DNA of 64,000 nucleotides from a virus: the IMG/VR virus record IMGVR_UViG_3300043777_000022, positions 4,544 to 68,543 of that record; one strand, written 5' to 3'. The stretch's first letter is position 1; the number at the start of each line of letters is the position of its first letter. Of the stretch, positions 46,803-56,254 are shown in pieces. Made by a program: the position numbers and the translations under genes. The notes beneath the pieces were generated by a model. The model saw only the letters and a program-made list of their open reading frames with translations, made no database searches and had not been told where the DNA came from.

Positions 46803-48253
46803 TATTGTGCCACCGGAACCATATGTTGATGTTGCGCGTCCCACACCCCTGTAACGCCCGGATGCTTAGGCAAGTTCTCGTAGGTGTAACCATCTTTAAG
46901 TTGGGTTGCGTCAGGGGCACCATTTTTGAGAGTCGGCACTTGGTATGGCACGGCCTTACTGATGAATTTGCCGGGCGGGTTGGTGCTGGCCACCCAATTG
47001 TCAAAACCGACGAGGTGCGGCGTGCCTGTAGCGTCTTGTTGCTTATTCACATAACCTTGGGCCATCTTGCTGCGCTCTATGTCGTATCGAGCGCCCTGAT
47101 CCATGATTTGGATGATCTTTAAGTTACCCTGCGTGGTGTTCAAGAGCGACGGGTTGGCACCCAGCGCGATACGAATGGCTTGCACGGCTTCGCGCGCCCC
47201 TTCGGTCTGTCTAGCGAAGGTTAGGCCCATGCGGGTGGAATCCTTGGTGAACACTTCGCTCCAGGGCAGATTTAGACCCAAGACGCTCTGAATTTCCTTA
47301 ATGGCCTCGGGAGATTGGTTGCTCATACCATACATATAACCAGCCACCGTCTGTTTAAGTTCGGCCAATCGGCTAGTATTAACCTTGCCGCTTTTAAGTT
47401 CGGACTCCATGGACCCCAATTCACCCTGGGTCTTAGTGGCCGCCTGAGCGGTATCGGAAATATCCTGAAGTTCTTTTTGGGAATCCTCTCCCGCTTTTAT
47501 AGCGAGGGGGTCACGACCTTGATTAAGCACTCCTGGGCCTGTCGGAAGTTGCCGTCCAACTTGCTGCACGGGGGCCGACTTATAATAAGGGTTATCCTTG
47601 TTTGACACGGAAGTGTCCGTGCCATCCTCGTTAGCGGTGGGTGCGCCAGGGGTAGCGGTCCGCGCGGCGGGCGCACGGGGACTAGGTCCGGAGGGCGACG
47701 GAGGGCCACTCGTGGCGGCAGGTACACCCCCTCTGGAGGCAGGTCCACCCCATGTGGCCGATCCCGGTGCGCCGGGTTGGAAGGCCGGGAACACGAAGGG
47801 TTTCGAGGGGTCATACTGAGTATTCTCGTAGGGGAATTTAGCTCGGGCCTCATTACCCGCCGTCTGACCCGAAACCGCGCCGAATTCGCCGGGGGTTTGC
47901 CCCGAAGCTATGGCTTGGTGCAGCACCAGATCAGACGGACCATTCTTTTTGTAGTATTGATAGGTGGCGTCGTTCAAATGGCCGTCATTGTGAAACTTCT
48001 CAACGTAGGCATCCCAGCGCTTGGCCTTGTCTACGCCGTTGGGCTGCTGGATAATGTCCTGCGCGGCAGAAGCTAACTGATTGCGGAACACGTCGTTAGC
48101 GCGGGTCGCGATTTCAGACTGTACGTTCTGAGAATAGGCCTGATTACTCTGGATTTCGGACACAGTCTTGAGTGTGCCGCCCAAGTCAAAAGGCTTGACG
48201 GGTTCAGGGGGTCTAACACCCAACGCTACCGGGGTAAAATCACCAAGAGCCAT
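46802..48253 (-). CDS. DNA transfer/ejection protein
   Basis: Position; Q/A/G-rich. Confidence 0.6.
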   Translation of the reverse strand: MALGDFTPVALGVRPPEPVKPFDLGGTLKTVSEIQSNQAYSQNVQSEIATRANDVFRNQLASAAQDIIQQPNGVDKAKRWDAYVEKFHNDGHLNDATYQYYKKNGPSDLVLHQAIASGQTPGEFGAVSGQTAGNEARAKFPYENTQYDPSKPFVFPAFQPGAPGSATWGGPASRGGVPAATSGPPSPSGPSPRAPAARTATPGAPTANEDGTDTSVSNKDNPYYKSAPVQQVGRQLPTGPGVLNQGRDPLAIKAGEDSQKELQDISDTAQAATKTQGELGSMESELKSGKVNTSRLAELKQTVAGYMYGMSNQSPEAIKEIQSVLGLNLPWSEVFTKDSTRMGLTFARQTEGAREAVQAIRIALGANPSLLNTTQGNLKIIQIMDQGARYDIERSKMAQGYVNKQQDATGTPHLVGFDNWVASTNPPGKFISKAVPYQVPTLKNGAPDATQLKDGYTYENLPKHPGVTGVWDAQHQHMVPVAQ

Positions 48254-49086
48254 TATGCACCATAAGAATTAAAGGCAGGCGCACCAGTAGTGAAGACACT
48301 ACCGCCGCCAGTGCTGCCACTACCACCCCAAAAACTTCCGCCATTACCAAATATGTTGGGGAATATGTTGGAATAGCTGCTGGGACTATTAGATGGACTA
48401 CCGTTCGTGCCGGTGCCCCGGCCCAACAGGCTGAGTAGGGCCAAATTGCCGATACCTCCCGTCAAGGAACTGGCAGCGCCCGTGAGACCGCCAGTCAAGG
48501 CGTTAGCGCTGCCGACCACACCGCCAGCATTAGCCGCGCCCGCACCTGCAATGCCCGTCATCATGGTTTGGCCCAACTGACCAGACAAACCAGCAGCGGA
48601 TTGCGCGGCACCCGCACCTTGCCCTGAAAGGGACATGAGGGGGTTGATGTAGTTGTTCATAAGATAAGTCGAGGCCAGACCCGACCCGAATTGGGTCAAG
48701 GCCTTTTGGCCCGCACCTGATTGCAATAGGCCAGACGCCCCCGAACCGAAGTTGGTGGCCCGCTGGCCCTGTTGGAACGGAAATTGGTAAGCGGGAGAGT
48801 TAATGAACCCTTGAGGTAACGCCCCTGGACCCCCGGCTTGCGGGGTCGAACCCGGCAGGCCGTAGAATGAGGCCAACGTGTCGCCCGCCGCGTTGCCTCG
48901 ATTAGCATAAGGGGTAAGGAGGCCGAGGCCTTGTTCGCCAAGCGCATAGGCGGCATTTGTGCCTTGGGTAATGGCGTTAGCCTGGAGACCCGCTGCCTTA
49001 GAAGCAGCACTCGACCCCAGGAAGCCGCTAAATAAATTGGCCCCTGCGCCGAGTGCCCCTGCCCCTAGTGTTGCGCCAATCGGCAT
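48253..49086 (-). CDS. DNA transfer protein (P22 gp7-like)
   Basis: G/A-rich; PAYQF..QQG, GLLQSG...KAL..FG.GLAS. Confidence 0.75.
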   Translation of the reverse strand: MPIGATLGAGALGAGANLFSGFLGSSAASKAAGLQANAITQGTNAAYALGEQGLGLLTPYANRGNAAGDTLASFYGLPGSTPQAGGPGALPQGFINSPAYQFPFQQGQRATNFGSGASGLLQSGAGQKALTQFGSGLASTYLMNNYINPLMSLSGQGAGAAQSAAGLSGQLGQTMMTGIAGAGAANAGGVVGSANALTGGLTGAASSLTGGIGNLALLSLLGRGTGTNGSPSNSPSSYSNIFPNIFGNGGSFWGGSGSTGGGSVFTTGAPAFNSYGA

Positions 49087-49835
49087 CCGAGAACCCAAAA
49101 GTTGTTATTACGAACAGAAATTAAAGCGGTGCCGATATCTAGGACGAGGGGGGTTTCAGTTACAATATGTATTGGGACATACCCCGCCATGGTTGACCAC
49201 CTTCCATAGTATATCACGCCTTTGTGGACTTGTCCACCCAAAATGGTTTCCACTGCGGCACCCACATACCGGTCATGGATTGGATCGTCCTCATGGCTGG
49301 GTTTGAAATTACCTAGTTGCTTTTGTTCAGATTCTAGTCTATGGTGGAACCACTGCCCGCGCTCCACTAAGCCGGGCGCTGTTCGCTGCCAATCTTGAAC
49401 TGTGAGAGAATAAACCCCTGCGGGTACGAATTTGTTGTCAAAAACCCACCCCTTTGGCAGCGTGAACTGGAGAACGCCGTGAATGGCACGTACCAGGGCT
49501 AGCGCACCCAAGTTGCCCTTGGGAACGCGCGTCGTGATTTCGACAGCGTTAGTCTTGGTAAACATCCACTTTAGTGCTTCGTTTACCATGTCGAGTGCCC
49601 ACTTGCCTCTGCCCTCGGGCAATACCGACACGTGAGCCTCGAACAGACTTAGTTGCTTCTGGACGAACAATACGCCGCCCCACTGTCCCATAAGTAGTAC
49701 GTTGTCCTCGTTTTCGACAACAGGAGTTAAGTCAAGTTTAGAGCCTTTAAAACCCCCTTTTACCCACTTGAAAATGTCTGGGTGATTAACGACTTCATTA
49801 AGAGAGTCGGCTGTGTAGTGTCGTTTGATCAGCAT
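49065..49835 (-). CDS. GNAT-like virion assembly protein
   Basis: FEAHVSVLPEGRGKW...WMF; usual position. Confidence 0.65.
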   Translation of the reverse strand: MLIKRHYTADSLNEVVNHPDIFKWVKGGFKGSKLDLTPVVENEDNVLLMGQWGGVLFVQKQLSLFEAHVSVLPEGRGKWALDMVNEALKWMFTKTNAVEITTRVPKGNLGALALVRAIHGVLQFTLPKGWVFDNKFVPAGVYSLTVQDWQRTAPGLVERGQWFHHRLESEQKQLGNFKPSHEDDPIHDRYVGAAVETILGGQVHKGVIYYGRWSTMAGYVPIHIVTETPLVLDIGTALISVRNNNFWVLGCRLAQH

Positions 49836-49847
49836 TGTCTTGTTTCC

Positions 49848-50282
49848 TCATGATAATACGAAACCACCATTTCCTGAATTTAGTCCAGAGTGATACATGG
49901 CCGTATAGATTCTATTGGCTACAATGTCCCCACTATTTGCTTGAGTACCTCCGTTATTCTTGTACACTGGTAGTGTGGGCAACACTCCAGTTAGAGGGAC
50001 TACCGTGGCTGTTACTAAACCCGTGGAAGTAGCGGGGGCCATGAAATGCCAGGGCTGGAAATCGAAATAATTGGCAAATTGCGGACTGTTGCTATAGGGA
50101 GTGAGTGTAAACACGTTGGAAGCGTGGGTCGCGGTGCTTGGAATAGAAGGCACGCCCCCCGTTAGTGCCTGAGCATGCTGTTGAAGCAACTGTAGCGCCG
50201 GAATGGTTAGCATGCCGGTCTTTGGGTCCACGAAGGGTAACCTAGCGGCAGGAGTCAAAATGTTCTGTGCCGGGGCTACCAT
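49848..50282 (-). CDS. Virion protein sharing a domain with the N-terminus of 53415-55346
   Basis: ATSTG...LPVY...LNSGNGGF. Confidence 0.65.
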   Translation of the reverse strand: MVAPAQNILTPAARLPFVDPKTGMLTIPALQLLQQHAQALTGGVPSIPSTATHASNVFTLTPYSNSPQFANYFDFQPWHFMAPATSTGLVTATVVPLTGVLPTLPVYKNNGGTQANSGDIVANRIYTAMYHSGLNSGNGGFVLS

Positions 50283-51703
50283 CAGCTAGTTCCTACTCGA
50301 AGGTCGGCGTTGTTGGCAATGATGTTGCGCGGGATCGGATCGGATATCGTTACTTTCAACACGCGATTTCGAAATTGTCCCATACGCAGCCAACGGAGAC
50401 GCTGACGATATGCCCCCAATTGACCAGCACTGTGCCAAATCTGTTGAGTGCTGAAAGTTCTACCCCCATCGTCGGACCACGACAACATTACTTGTGGGTC
50501 CGAACCTTGTCCGGTCGTGGCACCCACACCCGTTTCGACGTCGAGTTCGAAGCGCGACATAAACACCCGCTTGCGATCCGAGTGGATAATCGGTGTAACC
50601 ATTTCTCCGATAATGGGCAGGCCGAATTCAGTGTAAGTGGTATCCGACATGTAGGCGATCTGGCCCGAGAACTGATCCCCGATCAGGTTCATGTTGAAGG
50701 CATTACAGAAGGCGTTGGCCCGCCAGCGGCCCATCGAACGATTCTGAGCATTGAAGGACTGGCGCTCGTGCCAGAGATTGGTGGCAATGTCATATTCCCA
50801 CGTGACGTTAGCCGTAGGGAAGGTAAGCGTGATAAACTTGTGGCCTTCCCAAGTGTAAGTGAAGGCGAAAGCATCCGCCTGCGTCACGTACTGACTCCAA
50901 GCGTATTCGATAGCATGAGTGGAAATTCGAACCGGCACGACACCATTCAGCCGGTAGAAGATAAGGTCATCGCCCAGGAAGAATACCGAATTGTCCTGTT
51001 TGACCACTGAGAAGGGGGCGATACAGCCGCGCTCGATAGTCGCGCCGTCATAACGGGCGAACGGAAAGTTTACGTTCCCCGCGTCGTACCACGTCTCAAT
51101 GTGGTGAGAAGCAAAGACCAGCAAGTTTTCCTGTTGGTTGACGAGGGACACCATATTACCGGGCTGCACTTCGGCCGAGGCAAAGTCGAGTGCGTCATAA
51201 GTGGTGCCATCTAGCTCGGCGGAAATAAAGAACTTGTTGGTGCCGGTCCAGGTCAAAACGAACAGGTCGTCGAAGAAGGTGACAATGGTGGAGGGATTAA
51301 AATTGGGATCAGTAATGAGCAAGAACCCTGTATTCGGGGAGTAAATGTAGCCCTGCGTGCCGTTAACGATAAGAAGCTGCGTACCGTTGTCCGACATGGA
51401 CACCACGGAAGTGCCAGCAATCGTACCGCCAAGTTGGGTGATGACAGGAGCGGAAGGGGCGCTATAAGTAACCGAATACAGATAAAGACCAGATACGACA
51501 TAAAGAATGTTGTTCAGGACCCACATGCCGCGAATGGGACCAGCGCCGACAGTAACCCAATTAACCAGACCAGGGACGCCGAAAATGGCCATCTGAGACT
51601 TGGCGTCTTGGGGCTGGGCCTCGGCCCACACATTCACGGCGCGCTGCGCGGACAACGGCAATGAACGACTACGATAAGACTGGGTGCAGAAGGGTATCTG
51701 CAT
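50282..51703 (-). CDS. Packaged-DNA stabilisation protein (P22 gp10-like)
   Basis: MSDNG.QL, DFASAE, ISTHAIE, WSDDGG.TF, W.RMG. Confidence 0.85.
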   Translation of the reverse strand: MQIPFCTQSYRSRSLPLSAQRAVNVWAEAQPQDAKSQMAIFGVPGLVNWVTVGAGPIRGMWVLNNILYVVSGLYLYSVTYSAPSAPVITQLGGTIAGTSVVSMSDNGTQLLIVNGTQGYIYSPNTGFLLITDPNFNPSTIVTFFDDLFVLTWTGTNKFFISAELDGTTYDALDFASAEVQPGNMVSLVNQQENLLVFASHHIETWYDAGNVNFPFARYDGATIERGCIAPFSVVKQDNSVFFLGDDLIFYRLNGVVPVRISTHAIEYAWSQYVTQADAFAFTYTWEGHKFITLTFPTANVTWEYDIATNLWHERQSFNAQNRSMGRWRANAFCNAFNMNLIGDQFSGQIAYMSDTTYTEFGLPIIGEMVTPIIHSDRKRVFMSRFELDVETGVGATTGQGSDPQVMLSWSDDGGRTFSTQQIWHSAGQLGAYRQRLRWLRMGQFRNRVLKVTISDPIPRNIIANNADLRVGTS

Positions 51704-51705
51704 GA

Positions 51706-52686
51706 TTAACCCATCTGGCTGAAATCGACACCAAACTGAACGGACTCGGGTTCCCGATCCCAACCCATCAATCGATCTAATTTCTGGGCAGCGGCGGTAC
51801 TTACCATGTTGTACACGTCCTGAGGCACGCCGTATTCCGGGGCCATTTCAATAGCAAGATTGTAAACTAAAGTAGACACCCATTCGACAGGCAAATCAGG
51901 GGTGTTACCAGCGACGTCGAAATCCTGAATAGGCTTATACCATGTGAATTCGAAGGCGCTGTTACAGTCGGGAGGCGACGGCCACAAGTACACCAGCCCC
52001 ACGTTTAAACGAGGGCTGAAATAGAACTGTGTGATCGTGCCGGGGCTGTTCTTATTAGGTTGATTGAAATAGTCCTGCCGGGAGAAGGGCCGCATTTCAG
52101 TAAAGATAGTGGACGGCAGGTACAGGCGGCGACCTTGCGGGATGCGCAGGGGCTTGATACCGATGCCTACCGAATTGGCGCTATTACCCGGAGGATAAAC
52201 GTACACGAAATTGCCGCCGTTAACTCCGGACGGCGGCGCGGCAGTCAATGTGACGCTCGTTCCAGTGATGGCGTTCACCGTGGTCCAGAACAGACTTCCG
52301 GAGTTCAACACTATTCCAATGTTGTAGGTAGCGGCGATACCTGTGGCAGAGGCCACAGTAAGGGCGGTGCCAGCAATACCCACCACGGAGGTGGAAACAT
52401 AGGAACTAAGAGAGGTGAGTTCGCTGGTCGAACTGTCGGGAGCGTTAGGGCCGATCTGGTACTCAATCTGGCCGGGTTGGGTGAACAACACCCCCTCTTC
52501 CTCGGTCCAAATATGAATTCCAGTGGCTTCCCACTCCTTGACCATCATGTTAAGTGCGTCAGCGCCGTCGAGTGTCATTTCGGCAGACGGAATTTCACCG
52601 GCTTCGATAGCACCGATCTTTCGGTATGCGGCCCGAATAATCTGGTCCCTGTTATAGTTAAATGAATACGAACCACTCGTTGTCAC
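51706..52686 (-). CDS. Head-tail adaptor (P22 gp4-like)
   Basis: II..A.RKIG...LN.M..EW; LP.EW...L.YNLA.E.APEYG. Confidence 0.75.
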   Translation of the reverse strand: MTTSGSYSFNYNRDQIIRAAYRKIGAIEAGEIPSAEMTLDGADALNMMVKEWEATGIHIWTEEEGVLFTQPGQIEYQIGPNAPDSSTSELTSLSSYVSTSVVGIAGTALTVASATGIAATYNIGIVLNSGSLFWTTVNAITGTSVTLTAAPPSGVNGGNFVYVYPPGNSANSVGIGIKPLRIPQGRRLYLPSTIFTEMRPFSRQDYFNQPNKNSPGTITQFYFSPRLNVGLVYLWPSPPDCNSAFEFTWYKPIQDFDVAGNTPDLPVEWVSTLVYNLAIEMAPEYGVPQDVYNMVSTAAAQKLDRLMGWDREPESVQFGVDFSQMG

Positions 52687-53129
52687 TCGCTGTCTCCCGG
52701 CCCACGGTTCATAGACTGATTGAGCGAGGCCGCAGTCACGGCGGGCACTGTGCCGTTAAGTTCCTGCATTTCAGCCGTGCCGTTGTTATTATAGTTAGAA
52801 AACAACCCGGTGTCGTACGCCGGGCCTTGGTTATTCTGAACCAGGAACTCTGCTCCGTAAACGTCTGCTTGATCCCCGTACACCTGAAATTGCCCTGTAC
52901 CCGCGTCCTGGTTAATAAAGCGATCAACTTGGCGCGGCCGGGGATCAGGCACCGCTTGGTCGTCCTTTACTCCCTTGACGAAGTCCTGAGGCTGCCGGGC
53001 TTCCCAACTGGCGATACGACGGATCGTTCCCGACCACATTTTGCGGGTGCGTTCGGCGCGGACCTTAAAGCCCGTAATATCGCAGATACGATAGAACGAA
53101 CCCGGTACGTAGTGTTTGTCATCAGCCAT
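52683..53129 (-). CDS. Virion-module protein (ICDITGFK...QPQDFV)
   Basis: Coupled ORF. Confidence 0.65.
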   Translation of the reverse strand: MADDKHYVPGSFYRICDITGFKVRAERTRKMWSGTIRRIASWEARQPQDFVKGVKDDQAVPDPRPRQVDRFINQDAGTGQFQVYGDQADVYGAEFLVQNNQGPAYDTGLFSNYNNNGTAEMQELNGTVPAVTAASLNQSMNRGPGDSE

Positions 53130-53400
53130 CTTTGGCGTCCAGAACTGCGTCCAGCACGGCGAGTAAATCCTTATGCGCCACGGAGAAGTTAAACCCTTCG
53201 ACCAGAGGACGCAAGGTGTTATATTCGGAGTCCTCCAACGTGAGTTCATCCGTGGCCATTTCAATCTTGTCTAGGACTTTAATGCGCTTCCGCATTTCAG
53301 CCACGTTAAGCTGGTCCTTGCCCGAATTTAGCGACAAGATTTGGGCAAGAATTTCCTTAGACTTAAACCGGTCCTTATCTAACATAACGATAACTTTCAT
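53122..53400 (-). CDS. Small protein, possible fibre chaperone
   Basis: SD GGAG; follows fibre gene. Confidence 0.6.
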   Translation of the reverse strand: MKVIVMLDKDRFKSKEILAQILSLNSGKDQLNVAEMRKRIKVLDKIEMATDELTLEDSEYNTLRPLVEGFNFSVAHKDLLAVLDAVLDAKDG

Positions 53401-53414
53401 TTCTACTCTCCTGT

Positions 53415-55346
53415 TTAAGATATGCCATAAATTAAGATAGAACCGGACGTAATGTTGCCCGAATCCATTAAAACCTGGAAGCCATCAATAACACCGGCTG
53501 TGTTCCAATAACCAAAAACTTGACCAACAACCTGCCAGCCAGCACCGCCTCCGCCTAAATAGCTAAATTGTCCGATTATGCTAGTTTTCTGGCTAACTGA
53601 GGGGTTAAAAATAGTGAGCGTACCGCACACTCCCGGCGAGGCATTACCAATAGACTGGTTGGTGCTAGCCGACGCCTGACCGATTGGAATATACGCCGTG
53701 GAGTTACTGTCTGTAGCGCCCACAGCGGAATTTGCAGCAAGCAGTGTTATGGCATTGTACCCCGTATTCTGGAACGACCCGCCAGAATGTACTTGGAACT
53801 CCATAATCCGTTCGTTAGTCGCTGGAACAATGTTCTGGAAAACAAGCAAATATGACGTGTAAGTGTTAGTAATATGCGTCGTATCGCTCAACGACGCTGA
53901 ATTGCTGGCTGTCAACGAAGTTAAGAAGGTCATTGCCCCGCCAGTAGTAGATGCCCACGTGCCGTCGCCGCGCCAGAATGTAGACGAAGAAGCGGACGTT
54001 CCCGAATTCAAATTGCCAACCGGGAGATTTCCGGAAACATCGTTGGCGAGTCTAACAGTCAGGGTGTTGTTCGCCCCCGCGATAGTCTTGTTAGTCAATG
54101 TTTGTGTAATAGAGTCGCCAACGATATTATAAGTGCCCCCCGGAAGTGTCGCCGTTCCATTGGCGTTTAACGCTGGCACGATAGTTTGGAGCGTTGATCC
54201 CGCCGTTGAACTTAAAAGTCCTAGAGTTCCAGAGGAACTTCCGGTTGCGCCAATGTATAAAACGGCGCTTGTTCCGGTTGCCGGAACAATATTCGTATAA
54301 GCGCCCTTAAGAGTGATACTGTCGCCGCTAGGACTTCCGTTGCTGGTCGATTGCAGCGTTAGTGTTGAGTTGGCCGCAGTGCCGCCATAGATCGTCGGAA
54401 TGGTGCCTTGAACGCCCCAGATTTGTGACCAGCGATTTGTGCTGAGACCTAGCTGCAATGAATTATCATTTACTGGATAGAGCGCACCAGAAAATAAATT
54501 GACTAATGCGCTGCCGTTTAGACTAAGCGAGACAACTTGGCCGGTCGGCGCGTTAAGCACAAGGTTGTTTGACGCTGGCGACGTTACCTCTGGCACCGTC
54601 AATGACGTACTTAGTGTCGCAGTAACGCCCCAAATGTTCGACCAACGGTTGGTATTGTCTCCCAATGTAATTGCGTTGTCGGAGTTGGGATAAAATCCGC
54701 CTGATACCGACAATGCAACTTGAATAGCGCCATTAATAGAAAGCGCAACAGCTTGTCCGGTCGGGGCATTAAGGGTCAGATTAGTGGCTGCCGGGGCAGT
54801 GATTATGGAAATAGTTTGAGTGCCGGACCAAGTGTAAGCACCCGTGACCGTGCCGCCGCCCGCATCCTGTAACAAGCTGCCTGTAGTATTGTTCCAAGTG
54901 GCCAGATGGCCGACTGTCGAAGTCGCCGGACCACTGACCCCTGCGCCAGAACTTACATTACCTAGGAAGAATCCCCCATTGCCACTATTCAAAGAGGACA
55001 CGTATGATATTGAATACAACGCCCCCGCAGTTGTCGCTCCGGCACCAGCCTGCGTTACCGTGCCGCCGTCCGAAATGTAAACCGGAAGTGAGGCGAAGCC
55101 CGCTACACTGGCCGAAATAGCTCCGGTGGAGGTGGCCCCGGCCAAAAAAGAAAAAGTTAGGTAGTTAGTATAAGCAAGGACATTTGGGGCAAAGGCGGAG
55201 GAAATAGGGGTGAGGACGAGCGTGTTGGTGCCCGTGACCAGACATGGAATGACACCTAAATTGCCGGTATCGGCGAACATTTGGTCAAACAGGCTGAAGG
55301 CCTGAAGACCGTCCTGGAGGTTTGCGAATACGGTGCGAGGGGCCAT
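53415..55346 (-). CDS. Tail fibre
   Basis: T/S/G-rich; [18 protein letters not shown]; internal duplicated YP..DN...LG....RW..IWGV module. Confidence 0.8.
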   Translation of the reverse strand: MAPRTVFANLQDGLQAFSLFDQMFADTGNLGVIPCLVTGTNTLVLTPISSAFAPNVLAYTNYLTFSFLAGATSTGAISASVAGFASLPVYISDGGTVTQAGAGATTAGALYSISYVSSLNSGNGGFFLGNVSSGAGVSGPATSTVGHLATWNNTTGSLLQDAGGGTVTGAYTWSGTQTISIITAPAATNLTLNAPTGQAVALSINGAIQVALSVSGGFYPNSDNAITLGDNTNRWSNIWGVTATLSTSLTVPEVTSPASNNLVLNAPTGQVVSLSLNGSALVNLFSGALYPVNDNSLQLGLSTNRWSQIWGVQGTIPTIYGGTAANSTLTLQSTSNGSPSGDSITLKGAYTNIVPATGTSAVLYIGATGSSSGTLGLLSSTAGSTLQTIVPALNANGTATLPGGTYNIVGDSITQTLTNKTIAGANNTLTVRLANDVSGNLPVGNLNSGTSASSSTFWRGDGTWASTTGGAMTFLTSLTASNSASLSDTTHITNTYTSYLLVFQNIVPATNERIMEFQVHSGGSFQNTGYNAITLLAANSAVGATDSNSTAYIPIGQASASTNQSIGNASPGVCGTLTIFNPSVSQKTSIIGQFSYLGGGGAGWQVVGQVFGYWNTAGVIDGFQVLMDSGNITSGSILIYGIS

Positions 55347-55351
55347 AGAAT

Positions 55352-55380
55352 ACTATACCATAGAGAGAGTTAGGAGTCTA
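55352..55380 (-). promoter_or_regulatory. Promoter TAGACT-N17-TATAGT
   Basis: ATG of fibre gene 5 nt downstream, no SD. Confidence 0.6.
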
Positions 55381-55620
55381 TTTAGGCGGCGGCGTCATTC
55401 CGGCAATAATTTCGTCCTTAGCCCTAGACCCGGCCGAACTACCCAGGTGATATTGGACGACGGTAACGAATTGAGTGGACAAAGCCCCCACTAACACTTT
55501 GAATATGTCGGCAATATCTCCGACCAAGCTGACTGGATGGACTAATAGTGTCAACAATACGGCTATGAATCCCACGACGACCAGGGTGGACACTATCGCG
55601 GAATTGAGCATAAAGCGCAC
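55378..55620 (-). CDS. Two-TM holin-like protein
   Basis: VVQYHLGSSAGSRAKD motif. Confidence 0.65.
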   Translation of the reverse strand: MRFMLNSAIVSTLVVVGFIAVLLTLLVHPVSLVGDIADIFKVLVGALSTQFVTVVQYHLGSSAGSRAKDEIIAGMTPPPK

Positions 55621-55898
55621 TACTCTCGACTCCCCTTGGGCCAGCCATTACAGTTAGCGTTCTCGACACGGCGAACGGCATTTTGGTCGTCTTGAGTAAT
55701 GTCTGAATCTACTTCAGGAATTACTATGGTGCATCCTGCCGGGCCTCTCCATGAACAACCAAACAGCAATCCGTGGGTCAGACGAACGCCCAAATTGTAA
55801 CAGGTCTTTCGGACCCGTTCCAGAGGTTGTATTACCACTCCCGCCGAACTGGGATGGTCGTAAATGGCGGGGGGCGGATAATCAAAAAGGGAGATCAT
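55620..55898 (-). CDS. Hypothetical Cys-containing protein
   Basis: PP..YDHP...C...GC...CNGW. Confidence 0.6.
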   Translation of the reverse strand: MISLFDYPPPAIYDHPSSAGVVIQPLERVRKTCYNLGVRLTHGLLFGCSWRGPAGCTIVIPEVDSDITQDDQNAVRRVENANCNGWPKGSRE

Positions 55899-55965
55899 TT
55901 TTTCTTAAAAGCCTCTTCTACATCACTCTGCATTGTGACGGTCTTGCCGATGTTGGCGAGGACGG

Positions 55966-56244
55966 TCACGGCATCATCTTGAGCAGGTAAGAGGCTTGCG
56001 TGGGCGAGCCGCTATTGAAGGTGAACAGCATTTGCACTAACGCGGCTTGGGCGTTGGCTACGTCCTGGGCGGCAATGTCGGTGCGCGGTTGTGGGCCTCC
56101 AGCCGGGTTGGCCTTGAAGTAGTTTGTGACTAGCGTTGCATCATCCGTCAATTGCAAATTTTGCAATTGCAGAGTTTGCAGAAGTTGCACCAACTGAGAA
56201 ATGTTAGCTGCGTAGCTGTTGATGAAGTTTATTGGATTGGCCAT
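55966..56244 (-). CDS. Hypothetical protein
   Basis: SD AAGGA. Confidence 0.6.
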   Translation of the reverse strand: MANPINFINSYAANISQLVQLLQTLQLQNLQLTDDATLVTNYFKANPAGGPQPRTDIAAQDVANAQAALVQMLFTFNSGSPTQASYLLKMMP

Positions 56245-56254
56245 GATACTTTCC

